From: Lama guanicoe
Lineage: Eukaryota
Reading direction: 5' to 3'
DNA length: 64,000 bases
NCBI GenBank assembly: GCA_013239625.1
Contig: MU053472.1
Span: 2,515,822 to 2,579,821 of the forward strand
A model generated the notes under the pieces. The model was not told the origin of the DNA. It was given only the letters and a program-made list of their open reading frames with translations, and did not search any database. This document shows, piece by piece, positions 13,671-26,829 of the stretch (the stretch's first letter is position 1; every line of letters begins with the position of its first letter). The translations under genes and the position numbers were made by a program.

Positions 13671-16163
13671 CATCATTGCCTCGTGATTATTGTGCGAAGT
13701 GAACCAGTGTATGTAACGGGCCCACTAGAGTGTAATCTCCGTGAGAATCAGGACTTACTTTGGTTTACCGCTCTATCTCTAGTGCCTAAAAAAAAAGGTT
13801 CCTAGCACACAGTAGGTGCTTGATATTCGTAAATTTGCAAATGAATGGGAAGAAGTAGGAACCAAATAAAACGTTCATTTCTTTCCCCACAAAACATTCG
13901 GCTTCTTGACTGAATTACCCTTCGATGTAGGAGTTTACAAATTTTTTTCCTGAGACTTTTAGAGGTGAGAGGAAGAGAGAAACAAAGAGACGGGAAGAAG
14001 GTGGGAGGGAGGAAGGGAAGGAGGAAAGAAGGGAGGAAGAAGTAAAGGTGATTCAAAAGTTGAAAGCAGCGAAGTAGGACTTAACCCTACCCTAATTTTA
14101 AATCTTAATTGCCTCTATGAAATAATGGTGGATTCTTCCATGTCACTTCTTCAGACACGAATTGAAAAGCATTCCTCATCTATCCACTGATTTATCTATG
14201 ATGGTGAAGAGTCCAGATCTTGAAGCCAAAAGCCTGTAGAAGTTCTGCCACTTACTATTTGATCTTGGATCAAACTTGACTTCAGATCAGATTAATTTCT
14301 ATTACTCTTTCTCATTGTACAATGGGGATCAAAAAGTACTTTTCTCCTAAAGTGTCTGGTGGATGAAACTGTGGGCATAGGGCTTGCTACAGTGCTTACA
14401 AAAATGTTAACTATTAATATACTTTTAAAAATCATTGTTAAGTATTTACATGCTCAAATCAGTGTATTCCTGGTCTATTCTAGGCCTGGAATACAGATAT
14501 GAATAAGACACATGTATATCCCTAAAGATTCCTGAAGCAAGACAATAAAGGCACATTTCCTCCAGAATAAGATAAAATACAATATAGGTAATTGCTTGAA
14601 TAAGGTATGTATCAACTATGGCACAACAGGAGTGCTGGAGGAGGAGCACCAAAGTCAGAGAAGGCATCTTAAAGTAGGCAGCATTTGAAATCAGATTTGA
14701 AGGATAAAATGAATTCTTATAAAGCCCTTTGAAGCAGTTAAATCTTATTAAACCCAATTCAGACCCAAAGGCCACATATCAAAGTCAATCATACAACCAG
14801 GACTAATTCAATCCAGGAGCTCAAATCAACTAAGGTCCACATCCTTTCTGAGTTCCCCAGCACTGGGAGATGGCAATCCCCAGACCCAACAAGATAAGAG
14901 ACCCTCTGCTCACCTCTCTTTTCCCTGAGAGAATCCTCAGACCTTTGTTCCCAATGCTTTTGTCACTCTCTAACGTCCTCCTCCATTTTTATTTTATCCA
15001 AAACGTCTCCATCCTTTTTAGAAGTCTTGCCCTCCACTACCCTACCCTCAACCTGACCACCTTCCTGGGACTCCAGAGGCAGATGGGAATCTGCCTGAAA
15101 CCAACCAGGTGGGAAGTAACGTCTGATTGACATTTCATTTGAAAGTCAATCTTCTCAAAGAGGAGGAGGAGAGAGAGGAGGTGGGAGGGAGAGGTGGAAA
15201 AGTTAGAAGAGTGAGATTGAGAGAGAGAAAATGGAGGAACAAAATGAAGGCGAGGGACACCAGCTGTGAGAGGAAGGGAAACATCATCGGGGTGAGATTA
15301 AAGAGCAATCTCAGCACACAGGGAACATGTCAGCAACCATCTACATTCTCTTAAAATGACATTCTTTGTGATTTAAAGAATAATGGAAATAAAGCAGTAT
15401 ATGTACATTTTCCAAAGTTTGGAAGATACAGAAAAGTGTAAAGATTAAAAAAAAAATTAATGTATGTTACCCCTCACCAAATGCCCATAATATCACCATT
15501 CAAAATTAACCATCTTAAAAAAAAAAAAACAAAATTACCATCTTTTAACATTGTGATGTATTTCCTTCCAGACTTTTCCATATAGATAGACAGATTTCCT
15601 ACATGGTCGAAGTAATACTACATATGCATTTTACTACACATTCTTCTCATCTAGTATGTGTCAGTCGGGTCATGTAAGGACAAGACACAGGACATACAAG
15701 GAGCTCATAATCTTGCTAGAGATGACAGCTGGACAGGTGGACCAACTAGGTCAAAACTCCACACCAAGCCTATTAGTTCCCGAACTTCTATTTACTCATT
15801 TGTAAATGTATGTAATAATAGCACCTAAATGTTAGAGTTGCTGTGACAATTAAAGAGATAATCCAAGTAAAACAGGAGAGCCCACCAGGAATGTCAAAGT
15901 GAATGCAGAGGCTGCCCTGAGTCACCTCATTCACCTATTCTACTCATGAAATGTGGATTCACTCAGTGATCTGCATTTAAAGCTGTTCTTTAACTTCTTC
16001 ATCCTTTTCTGGACTCATTCTGAATGGGATAATGGAGACCCCTGGCCTCCAGGAAGCGTGACCACGTTACATCACCTGTGACTGAGAAAGTCGAGGAAAG
16101 GGCAATGTTCGGCCTTAGGACTAATGCTCCGCACCTGATTCCAAAAAAATCCCAGGTTCTAGA

Positions 16164-16470
16164 CAGCACTGTCCAGTAGAAATATATGAGCTAAAGAAGT
16201 AAGTAAATTTTTTCAGTAGCCACATTAAAAAGAGTAAAAAGAAGTAGGTGAAATTACTTTTCATCGTGTATTATATTTATCCCAATATAACATAAATATT
16301 ATTTCACATATAGTCAGTGTAAAAAATTATTAGGATAGTTTGCTTTTTTCTCAATCAAAACCCTAAAATCCATGTGTATTTTCACTTACAGCACATTTCA
16401 ATTTGGACTAGCCACATTTCAAGTGCTAATAGCCACATGTGGCTAGTGGCTACTGTGTTGAATAACACAA
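16164..16470 (+). mobile_element. MER33-like hAT-Charlie MITE, full length
   Basis: Starts cagcactgtccagtagaaat, contains tagccacatgtggctagtggcta, and has TCTAGA on both flanks (Charlie-type target). Confidence 0.85.
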
Positions 16471-17107
16471 GTCTAGAGTCAAAAGCTGAAAGCTGAGGAC
16501 CGACCAATTAAGCTGTAGAGTGAGTGGTCCTGAGCCCGGGGACAATATTGATTTTCTTCAGGTCATGTCAATGGTTTAATGTTGTTCTTAATTCAATAGG
16601 AAAAAAAAGGTTAAGACATTACAAACCATTTTATTTAGTGAGCGCGGAGACACTACTTCATTGAATATAGAAAGAAAAAGACAAAGTAAATTAGCAAGTT
16701 GAGACAGTTAAGAAGACATTTCAGTTCTAAGCCTCAAATATCTTGAATTGTCTTGAAAGTTGCCCTGATTTGCCATTTTACTTAATAGTATAGCATCTAC
16801 TCTCAACCTCAAGTTTATTTCTCGATAAATGTTTTATTTTAATATTAAATTTGAAGTCCACTCCCCCTAACTTCCTCACTTTGAAATTTGGTTTGTAAAC
16901 GTGCATAAGCAAATCAGATAACCCCACCCCTCACTTATTTTTATTCTACTTGAGCCAATCACTTGAATGCTCTCGATCTGTTTTCTCAAACATAATGAAA
17001 AGATTGGATTAAATAATTGCTACGATTTATCACCTAATAAGCAACACAATATATCTCAGGCACTGTGCTAAGTATTTTGCATTAACTATAATCCTTGCCA
17101 CAAGCTT

Positions 17108-17537
17108 TTTTTTTTTTTTAATTGAAGCATAGTCGATTTACAATGTTGTGTTAGTTTCTGGTGTTCAGCATAGTGATTCAGTTATACACATACACACACA
17201 CACACACACATTCCTTTTCATACTCTTTTTCATTATAGGCTATTACAAGATATTGACTATATTGTTCCCTGTGCTGTACAGTAGGACCTTGTTTATCTAT
17301 TTTATATATATAGGAGTTAGTGTCTGCAGATCCCAAACTTCCAATTTATCCCTCCCTACCCTCTTTCCCCTCTGGTAACCATAAGTTTGTTTTTTACATC
17401 TGTGAGCCTGTTTCCATTTTGTAAATAAGTTCATTTGTGTCATTTTTTAAAATATTTCACATATAATTGATATCATGTAGTATTTTTCTTTCTCTTTTCT
17501 GGCTTACTTCACTTAGTAGGACAAACTCCAGGTCCCT
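17108..17537 (-). mobile_element. 5'-truncated L1 3' end inserted in a MIR
   Basis: Poly-T, L1 3'UTR sequence and internal (CA)n. TSD ttgccacaagctt (17095-17107) / ttgccacaggctt (17538-17550). MIR sequence on both flanks. Confidence 0.85.
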
Positions 17538-18859
17538 TTGCCACAGGCTTCTGAGGTAAGTATACACTACATTATCCCAATTTTCTAGACTGGGAAACTG
17601 AGGTTTAGAGAGCAGCTTGCCCAAGGCGGAAGAGGTCTGTAAAGTGTCCCAGTCTATTGTGAGGGCTCATGAGGAACTTCCTGGAGAGACAACTGAAACC
17701 AAATCTTGAAGGATGAGTTGGGTTGAGCTAGGAGAAGATGCAGGTTAGAGGGGAAGGAGAGAGACAGAAGGAAGAGGGGGAGGACTGGAAAGCCTGGTGT
17801 TGGTAAGAAAAGATTTGGCTGAAGAAGTAACCCCAAGGTCAAATCATGAAGAGTTTGGATTTCATCCAGAAGAGAATAAATAACTATTGAAAAGCTTTAA
17901 ACATGAGAGTGCCAAGCTAAGATTTGTTTTTGGAAACAAAGATGCCAAGAGACTTGTTGGAGGCATTGTGGTAATCCAGGCAAGAAGTGAAGAGGCCTGA
18001 ATTAAGAGGAGCTTATCTGAAAACATCCTTTCTGTTTTGCGTGTATCCTCTCTATCAAGGCATCAGCAAGAGAGACAGGGAAGTAGAGGAAATCACTTTT
18101 GCAAAATGCTGAGCTTTCCTTTGTTACTGAGCAGATGACTTTTCTCAGCGTAGTCAAAGCTGAGAGAGGAGACAAGTGCAGTTCTCCAAACCTTCTCCTG
18201 CTGAAAGGTTCCAGGCAGGACTTTGCTCTCACAGGATAATTATTCCTGCTCAGATATAAACCAGTTTGCAATTTTATTGTTTCTCTTCCCCCAAGAAAAG
18301 GTTCAAAGGAGTTCAAAAGATATAACCAGCCAAGAAAATAGGAAGATTATTCTAGAATCTCTTGTTTCTGCCAAGACTATAAAAGGGATTTAACAGTAAC
18401 ATAGATGAAGGTAATAGATTTTTATACCATTTCTACCACTGACTTTGACATTCATCCATTCTCTCATTCACTTGCTTAATACCTACTGATAGTAACTATG
18501 ATCAGGGTTTTGTACTAGATGCTATGATGATGGGGCAATATGCAACAGTGCATCAGAAATAGATCTGGTCTTCAAGAAGCTGAGACAATAAGACTAAATA
18601 ACTGTAAGTTGTGTTTGAAAATGCCTAAAATGGGTATAAACTGAATGCTGTAGAATTGAGAAAAGATGAGGCTACCCCAGGTAATAAGGAACAAAAAGTT
18701 ACTGGAGAAAAATTTTGCCTTTAACGTGAATGATAATGGATGTCTAAGATTCAGACTTGCAGAGACGAGGAAGAGCCATTTAGGCCACTGTTTCCCAAAC
18801 TGGAGTCAAGGGTCTGAAAAAAGTCATTGGGAATTCCATGTGGAAAGGGTCCCTGGTTG

Positions 18860-19170
18860 TGCTGGTAATTTGCCTATTTGTTTTCAGGTTAATTTCCTTC
18901 TCTCTCTCTGCCCTGTTCTGTATTACAAGAGGTTGTTCCTTGCAAATGACATTTCTCAGGCTCCCTCATTGATTTCTTTGTGGTTTGATTTGGCCAATGA
19001 AGGAAAGGGTGGCAGGTGAGGGGCCATGGAGAGGCTAGGTCTTCCCTTCTCCTTGTGTTTCAGGCAGTGTCTCCAGTTGTGGCTGCATCTTTTTTGTGGT
19101 TCTAACTGCAGGTGGAAAACTCCTCCCTCTTTAGTCCCAGCTTCTGCTGGGCAGTCCTGGTTCTTGGGCT
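18860..19170. mobile_element. ERVL LTR33-like fragment
   Basis: ctctgccctgttctgtatt...catttctcaggctccct...gatttggccaatg motifs. Confidence 0.55.
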
Positions 19171-19171
19171 G

Positions 19172-21180
19172 GTGTGTTTGTTATCTATTGCTGCATAATA
19201 AATTGCCTTGAAACTTTACAGCTTAAAACAAACATTTTATTATCTCACACAGTTCCTAAGGTTTAGTAATCTGAGAGTGACTTAGCCAGGTGTTTCTGCC
19301 TCAGGAACTCTCATGAGATTGCAGTCAAGATGTTGGCTGGGGCTGCAGTCATCTCATGGCTAGCGTAGGGCTGAAAAATTCACTTCCAAGTTCACTCACA
19401 TGCTTGTTGGCACGGTATAGTTCCTAGCTGGCCATTGGCCAGAGGCTTCAGTAGTCTTCCAGGTGGCCTTCTCCTTACAGCTACCTACAACATGGCAGCT
19501 TGCTTCTCCAATAGGGAGTTATCCAAGAGATAGAGATACCAGAATGGAAGCTGCAGTCTTTTTAATAACCTAATCTCAGAAGTAACATATCGTCATTTCT
19601 GCTACATGATGTTGGTCACACAGACCAACTATGACAGAGTGTAGGAGGCGCCTACACAAGGGTGTGAATAATAGGAGGCAAGGATAATTCAGGGCTATCT
19701 TCCGGAGGCTGGCAAACACAATCCATCCTCAGGTCCCAAATGATTCAGGTCCTTCCCACAGGCAAAATATGCTTACTTCCTCCCGAAGTCACCAAAAGTC
19801 ATTTCATTATAGCATCAGCTTGAAGTCTAACACCTTATCATCTAAAGCAGGTCCAGATGCAGTTGAGGCTCCTTGGGTGTAGTTCCTTAAGTACAGCGCC
19901 TAGAGTACACTTCTTCTTCCCCTGTGAAACTAAAGCAACAATTTATTTGCACACCCCTCCCCCAATATACCCAACACACAATGGTAAGACAGGTGTAACA
20001 GGGTAACTGCTATAGATATTCCTGATCAAAAAGAGGGAAAATGGCAGGCACAGAGGAGTCACTGGTTCATCATAATTCTGAAATCCAGTTGAACAAACAT
20101 TGAAGGTTCCTTGGTTAAGTCTCAAAGCCTGAGAATAATTCTCCCTGGCTCTCAGCTCCATGTTCTGGAGTCTTGGTTCCGACCTCTAAATCTTCCTCCT
20201 TTTTTTATAATGAAAGATAGCCCATGTTTACAGCTGAGCAGTTCTCTCAGCCTACTTCTTGTCTGTGGAACTTTGAGGGTCCCAAGGCCTCTTTTCATTT
20301 TGCACTCTCTCTATCCCTTTTGGTTCAAGGTGCCAATATTTCTGCATACATACTTACTTAAAAAATGTTACGAGTCTTCTGTAAATATTATTGGGGTCCA
20401 CTCCATTAGATGAAAGCCACACCTTCAAATATCTTTCAGATAAGCTCTTTGCTACTTTAGACTTCTGATGAGATGACTGAGGGACAGTGTCCTTAAGCTT
20501 CCTAGATGCTTTATCATTTTATTGAGAGAGTATGTGAAACATACCTTTAATATCCTTTGAGGGCCTTTTGTCTGACTTAATAGTATTCTGATGCACAACC
20601 TTAAATCTTTCTAAGATTTTAACAACAGATTTTATAGTCATACCCTTGGCTTCATCTTAGGACCATGTTTTACTAGCAGTGCCATGGATTTGTAGCTCAG
20701 AAGCTACATCTTAATTTTAGCATTGTTTGCCATTTAGAGAGTCTGAGAATCTTCAAAACCAGCAAATTATGTCTCTGTTTGTCTAACAGTTCTTCCCCCA
20801 GTTTGCCTCTCTCCTCTCACATTTTACTATAAGCAACAAGAAGTAACTGTTGCTTGGAAATCTCCCTAGCTAGATTGCCCAGTTCATTAGACGTAGTTTC
20901 TGCTTTTCAGTTACTGCAGGCAACAGTGTTACTGAACTTTCTGCCATTATATAACAAGAGTCCCCTTTCCTCCAATTTCCAATAACATTACCTTATTTTT
21001 TTGCAAGCCGTTACCTGCAGCCATATCAAAGATCATGATGTTTCTATTAACGGTTTCTTCAAGTTTAGGCTTTCACTAACACTCTCCCCAAAATCCACTG
21101 TCCAGTTCCAAAGTTACTTCTGCATTTTAGGGTTTAGGACTTTGTTACAGCTGAATCCCACTTCCAGATAGCAATTACTG
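19172..21180 (-). mobile_element. MLT1F-like MaLR LTR (~19172-19720) plus internal region (~19721-21180)
   Basis: LTR begins tatctattgctgcataataaattg...cagcttaaaacaaacattttattatctcacacagtt. The internal part ends cccacttccagatagcaattactg, like an MLT-int terminus. No second LTR seen. Confidence 0.7.
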
Positions 21181-24100
21181 TCCCCCTAAAAAAAAAAAAT
21201 TAAAAAAAATTTTTTTAATTTTGAACTAGAATTTTTTTTAAAATCTGCTTTTTCTTATAGTAATAAGATACTACAATGCCACCATACGAACATTAGATTA
21301 TCAATCTTGGCTTAATTTTCCCAAAGGCTATAGAAAATAAAACGCCTTAATCTTGAGACATTTTGAGAAGTAGTGAATGAACTTTGGAGGTATTCACCTT
21401 TGTAAGACTCCCTCTGTTTTCTAGATGGAAGGGGTAGAAGAAGAATACTTTCCAAAGTTCTTTTTTTGTTTTGTATATTCAAATGCAGAATAGCCATGAT
21501 CAAACAGATGAATTACACAAAGAATAATCAAAAACCTAAATATGTACACATTTTGAATCACTAGTAAATGACTTTGACAGTTTCAATTCAAACAATTTCG
21601 TACTTCATATATATTTATACCTTAACCTTTTAATATACTTAAAAAAAAACTTAAATGCAAATAGCACTTAGAAAATACACAAAATGAGCAGGTCCGCTTT
21701 TAGAAAAGAAAATATGAGTAAACCAGATTGAGAATATATGATTTTTTAAACTTCATTTATAAAGCAGCTGCAGATATTCTTCTTATTTTACTATTAAACA
21801 TAGTTAACACAAAGTATTGGTGTAGGCTCGTTTTCATTCTTTGTGCAACTCAAAGCAGTGGTTCATAAAGGACCACAGCCTATTTGGATATGCTGGAATG
21901 CTACGTAGCTACCACCAATGACAAGAACCTGGATTATGTCCACATTTGGAAATGAGCACATCAAGTAATATAAGTACATAGAGTAATATAAACAGAAAAG
22001 AAGAGACACAAAGTAGCATATATAATCTGATTAAGCCATGTAGAAATGCATGTATGCATAATGTAGTGTGGTGGAAAGGAAAGCGGGGATCAGAAGAGCT
22101 GAGTTCTAGTTATGACCGGGCCTTCACTTGGCTGGGTATCCACATCTGAGCGATATAACTGCTTGTTCTCAGTTTCCTCTTCTGTGAAATAAAGAAGGTG
22201 ATCTCGACTGATTCCAAGACCACTCTTACTGCTAACATTTAGTGATTCCATAGTTTAGAGATTTGTAGTGACATAAATGTAGTTTCCTGTTTATTACCTT
22301 CCTTCTGGGAAAGTTGTTTAGGTTAATAATAATACTAAAGGGATACCACATGTCTTTAGTAAGACCTGGGAGAGGAATAATATTAATCAATAAATAAGAT
22401 TCAGTGATAGATAAATATACCACTTCCTTTAAACTTTGTTTTAAAAAAAACAAAAGCAATAGGAAGTCACTGAGGGTTTTGGAGTAGAAAACTGGCATGA
22501 TAAAAGTAGCATTTTAAATCCGGCAGTGGTGTGCCTCGTATCTGAAAACAAGGGAGAATGAAGGCAGAGTGACCCATTAAAGGGCGACTGACAATATACT
22601 AGGCCTGAGGTAGAGAGGGCTCGAACTTGGAAGAAGGCAGTCATTTACTTATTGGCACTTATGGACCCTTACTGTGTGAAGTGCAGGGGGAGCAAATACA
22701 CTGTGAGTACACAATTATTCTCCATCTCCTTTCCCAATGTGTCCTCACAGAATTTATCATTACCTGAAAATATGAAGATTTGTTTGTTTGTTATTTTACT
22801 GTCTGTCTTACCCTCCAGAATATAAGTTCCATGAGGCACACAGTACCATAGTGTAAGTACTCAAAAGATCCTTGTTGAATTACAGAATATGTGAAAATTA
22901 TATTGAATCTTACAGGCAGAGTCAAGCATCTTTTCTGATACATTTCTATGGCCTTGTAGCTTCAGGCTACTTTAGCACCAAAAGCCTCCTCCAAGACCTT
23001 CCTGCTATGTTCATGATAAAATTAACTTAAGATATTATTCCTGTAACTGCCTTCCTTTCAGCCTACTACTAAATATTTCCCCATAAATTCGCTTCTCTTC
23101 TGTTTAGAAATTCTTCTTTCTCTGATGCAAATGAAGCTGGAAGAGAGAGATGATTACCTGCGCTTTACTCTCAGTGCTTCTTTCTGAATTACCTGTATCT
23201 AGATATTAGTTATTAATTTAATACAATGGTTAAATACTCATTAGCTTTTCCCTTGCACTTCAGCTTACAAGTTTAGTTGAAGACAAATAGTACCAAACAC
23301 TTTCTCTCTCAAAGCTGTTGGGAGATGTGACGGAGGGTGAGAGCCAGGGTGGAGAGCTCAGAAGTTCAACAGTTAGCAATAGTCTCCATCTACTCTGGTC
23401 TCTGTGATTTTCACAACTCCCCACTGTGTTCAGCTTCAGAACTGCTCACCTCAGCCATGGGACTCGAACACGCCCTTCTCTGAGCAACATTTGAACCTGA
23501 TTCCCTTAAAAATAGTAGCATTTCACATTTGTAGAGCACATATATGTTTACAAAATTCTTTTTATTCCCATGATCTTACTTAAATCTTATTTAATCTCTT
23601 TGTTCCCAAACAGATGATTACTTTTTTTTTCTAGAACAACTAAGAGGAAAACTAGATGTGGAAAAAGGGAGTTGATAGATACTGAATTATAAACTGACTA
23701 AACGCTAACATTGTCATCATGATGAGACCAAAGCTGTTTTGATTGGCTCAGGTTCCTCACCCAGGATGGAGCTGATTTATTACCTTCCCAGGGCTGGTTT
23801 TTTCCTTTGTCCTCTGCTGTCTGGATCATCCATAATTACTTGTGTTGGAAGGCTGACACTGCTCCAAAGACTACTTGTCTCTCAGTCTGTTTGGTACCTG
23901 GCTCCGTCTTCCTTGCAGGCTGGAAACTGGCAGCTCCTCATTGCATTCCCCTTTACAGGCGAGCTCTCTATTAATTAGCTTGCCCTTATCACCTGTTAGG
24001 GGCCTATTGCTGACTAAGAAGTATGTGATTCTTCCTTTTGTTCTGATGTCTCTCCTCTAAATTATTTTCTCCTATTCCTCTGAACTCAGACTATTTTTAT

Positions 24101-24679
24101 TGTTTCTTCCTGTTGTTTTTCTGGTACTTCCTGCAACTACACTTGTTGATTCTCTTTTCATCTTGCATGTGGGCAGCTGATAACCTTGTTCTGTCCCCAT
24201 TATCTCAGGTTAACAATTCCACTTACTTTCTTGGATATCAATCACTCAGGTGCCCTGGGAAACTGTGACTTCCCAAAGTCATCTCATTACGTTTTTACCA
24301 AGGCCAGCCCAATACCTTAGGGATCCTACTAATAACAAAATAATAATTACCATTACTGAGCACTTACTGACATGTGGTCCCAGGCAGTCTGCATAGATGA
24401 TTTCATTTAATCCTTCACAGAACCCTGTGAGGTTAAATTTGAGAAGGTGGGTCAACAGAGGCTTTATTTGCATGACTGTAAGTTAAACTACATCCAAAAG
24501 ACAGTAACTGGATATGTCGGGGTGTAAGACTAGTCCTACAGACTAAGACCCTCAAATCTCAGGAAACACTTTATGGAGATTGTACCATACGTAGAAAAAA
24601 CTTTTCCTGCATGGAGAGAGAGGTAAATCCTGGTGGACATTTATTAAATGGAAAGACTGCAAATGAAACTGACACTGAT

Positions 24680-25220
24680 ATTTCTTATGAAGTCAGTTAT
24701 ACTGGTGACCCCCAACCAACCATATTGGCCAGCACTTATATCCTTATGTAGTCCCTGCCCTTCCTTCAGAGCTGGACCTGTGACTGGCTTTAAGGGTTAG
24801 AAATGGCAGAAGTGACACTGTGTCTGTTCCAAGTCTAAGCTTTAAGAATGTCTGGTAGCTTCTATTTCTTGGCTTTCAGGAACCCTGGGCACCATTTGAT
24901 AAGAGGAAGCAGCCCTGGGACTACACAGTGAGAAGGAGAGGTATTGCCTTGCTAGCATCCCAGTTCAGTCTGGCCTTCCAGACATTCCTGACACGGTGTC
25001 AGACATATGAGTAACCCTGGAGATTCCAGCCCCAGCTGCTATCTGACTACAACCATGTGAGACACCCAAATGAGACCAATGGAACTGACCAGCAGAGCAC
25101 CAACCAGTCAGCCCACTCAATCATGAGAAATTTAAAAAAAAAAAAAAAAGACTGTTGATTTGATTTATGCCACTACATTTTGGAGTGGTTTATTAAGTAG
25201 TAATAATTAACCAAAATATT
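24680..25220 (+). mobile_element. MaLR LTR (MLT1F/G-like)
   Basis: tagaaatggcagaagtgacactgtg...taagctttaagaa...gccactacattttggagtggtttatt. Confidence 0.7.
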
Positions 25221-25749
25221 ACTAATATTAATAATGTTAGATGTTATGGTTGGTTTGGAGTCCCATTAGTTAATATTAGATCAAGAGGCTTAAGACCAAT
25301 CAGAATCCTACCTCAGAGCACAGCCATGCCCCAACCTTCAAGGTCTGGAGGAAGAAATATACGCGGGAGACAGCAGCTAAAGACAACAAGTAAACCTGAA
25401 TTTTAGCTAGGCTTGCGCTCTCTGGTAAGGTGGTCTGAGGTCACATGCCTAGAACTGGAGGCTTACAGGACATTTTCCAGGGGCAACATTAAAAATATCT
25501 AACCACCAGGACAGCAAGGACCTTGCCTAATCAAAACGGACACTGGCTGAACCAGGCTGCACCTTCACAGTGTAAATATAGCCTAGCTGTTCCCTCTCTC
25601 TAAGCCTGCGATCAGTGTCACTCAGTCCCATAGGGACCAAGGGAGAAGAGCCCAGAGGGATCCATACCCACGTGCGTAATCCGAGCACATCACGCGTGAC
25701 CTTAACTGCCGGGAAAAATGGCCTGGTCTGTGACCGAGAATCTAACCAA

Positions 25750-26540
25750 CTACAGATTGACTACTACTCTTATGGAGGCAGAGGAACACCAAGGGTGATA
25801 AGGAAGAAACCGTGGAATTTCCCCTTCCCTAGACCCTTTACATGGAATCTCATTTAATCCTCACTGAAAGGCAGATATTTTTCTTGCCATGTTACCCATG
25901 AGAAAATTAAACACTAGAGAGGCTGAGTAACTTGTTTGAGGTCACACAGTTTGTAAGTATTAGGAATTACAGGGGTGGGGTGGAGAAGGTCAGTAAGGAG
26001 AGATGGTATTTAAGTACAGTGCATTGTGAAGTCACTCACACTGCCATCCGTTTTTTGTTCAAGTGAAAAACAAAGTCAAATGCAAGTGCTGTACCGTTAA
26101 AGGCACCCAAGGAAACAGGGCCCAAAGTCACCCTTTTTTGTGGCTTGATTATGGACCAGGTGGGAGGAAGGCATCTCTCTCGACTTCAGCAGAGAAGTGG
26201 CTGCACACTGGCTGTGGTTAGTGATATGAGTCAGTGAATAGCCACTCAGAAATGCATGTCAAACCTCCCTTCCCCCCGTATCCTTCAGAGATACAGAAGG
26301 GACCTGAGCTTCCAACAATCGCCTTGTGGAGGCTGCTTCCATCCATATTACCCAACTGTACTGTCAGACTCGAGTGGCCTGGGGAGACGTGCGTTACACA
26401 AACACTACAGCTCTGACAGAAAACTCTTATGTTTGTTCCACCCCCACATTCTCCACTCAAGTTCCCAGAAGGTTGCAATTATCCTCAAAAGACATTTCCA
26501 GACAAAGCTTACTCAGCTTTGGTTTTCACTAGAATGAGAT
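25750..26540 (-). mobile_element. Decayed Ty3/Gypsy integrase remnant (zinc finger plus core), copy D
   Basis: FCQSCSVC 26398-26421, LHKAIVGSSGPFCIS, DG/QCE*F 26026-26048 and STGFSPYHLVF-like 25784-25816, in colinear order across frameshifts. Confidence 0.5.
25838..25970 (-). mobile_element. MIR fragment nested in Gypsy copy D
   Basis: ctcatttaatcctcac...gagaggctgagtaacttgtttgaggtcacacag. Confidence 0.75.
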
Positions 26541-26829
26541 TGTTTTGTTTTGTTTTCATCTCTTTAAACTTGGTTGACCATTCTCCTTCAACTCCTAGGC
26601 TGGTGTATAAAGGACAGTCATGAACCACACACCTGCTCCCATTCACTCTTCACCTGCTTGTTCTTTCTCTCCTCATCCTGGATTCTTGGCCCTATTTGCC
26701 AGTTAGATATTTGCATCTCTGTCTTTCTTTGTGTCAATCCCATTTCTTTCTTCACTGGACTCTACTTTCTCTTGCAGGCTGCATGGACATTGACCTCTTG
26801 CCCAGTTTTCAGTTGTTCTAACTCCCCTG

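Noticed and set aside
21820..21950. Two adjacent potential hairpins (taggct/agccta and tggatat/atgtcca) followed by ACA, superficially like an H/ACA snoRNA
   Set aside because: No ANANNA H box in the hinge on either strand, stems only 6-7 bp, and not intronic. An Rfam/Infernal search would settle it.
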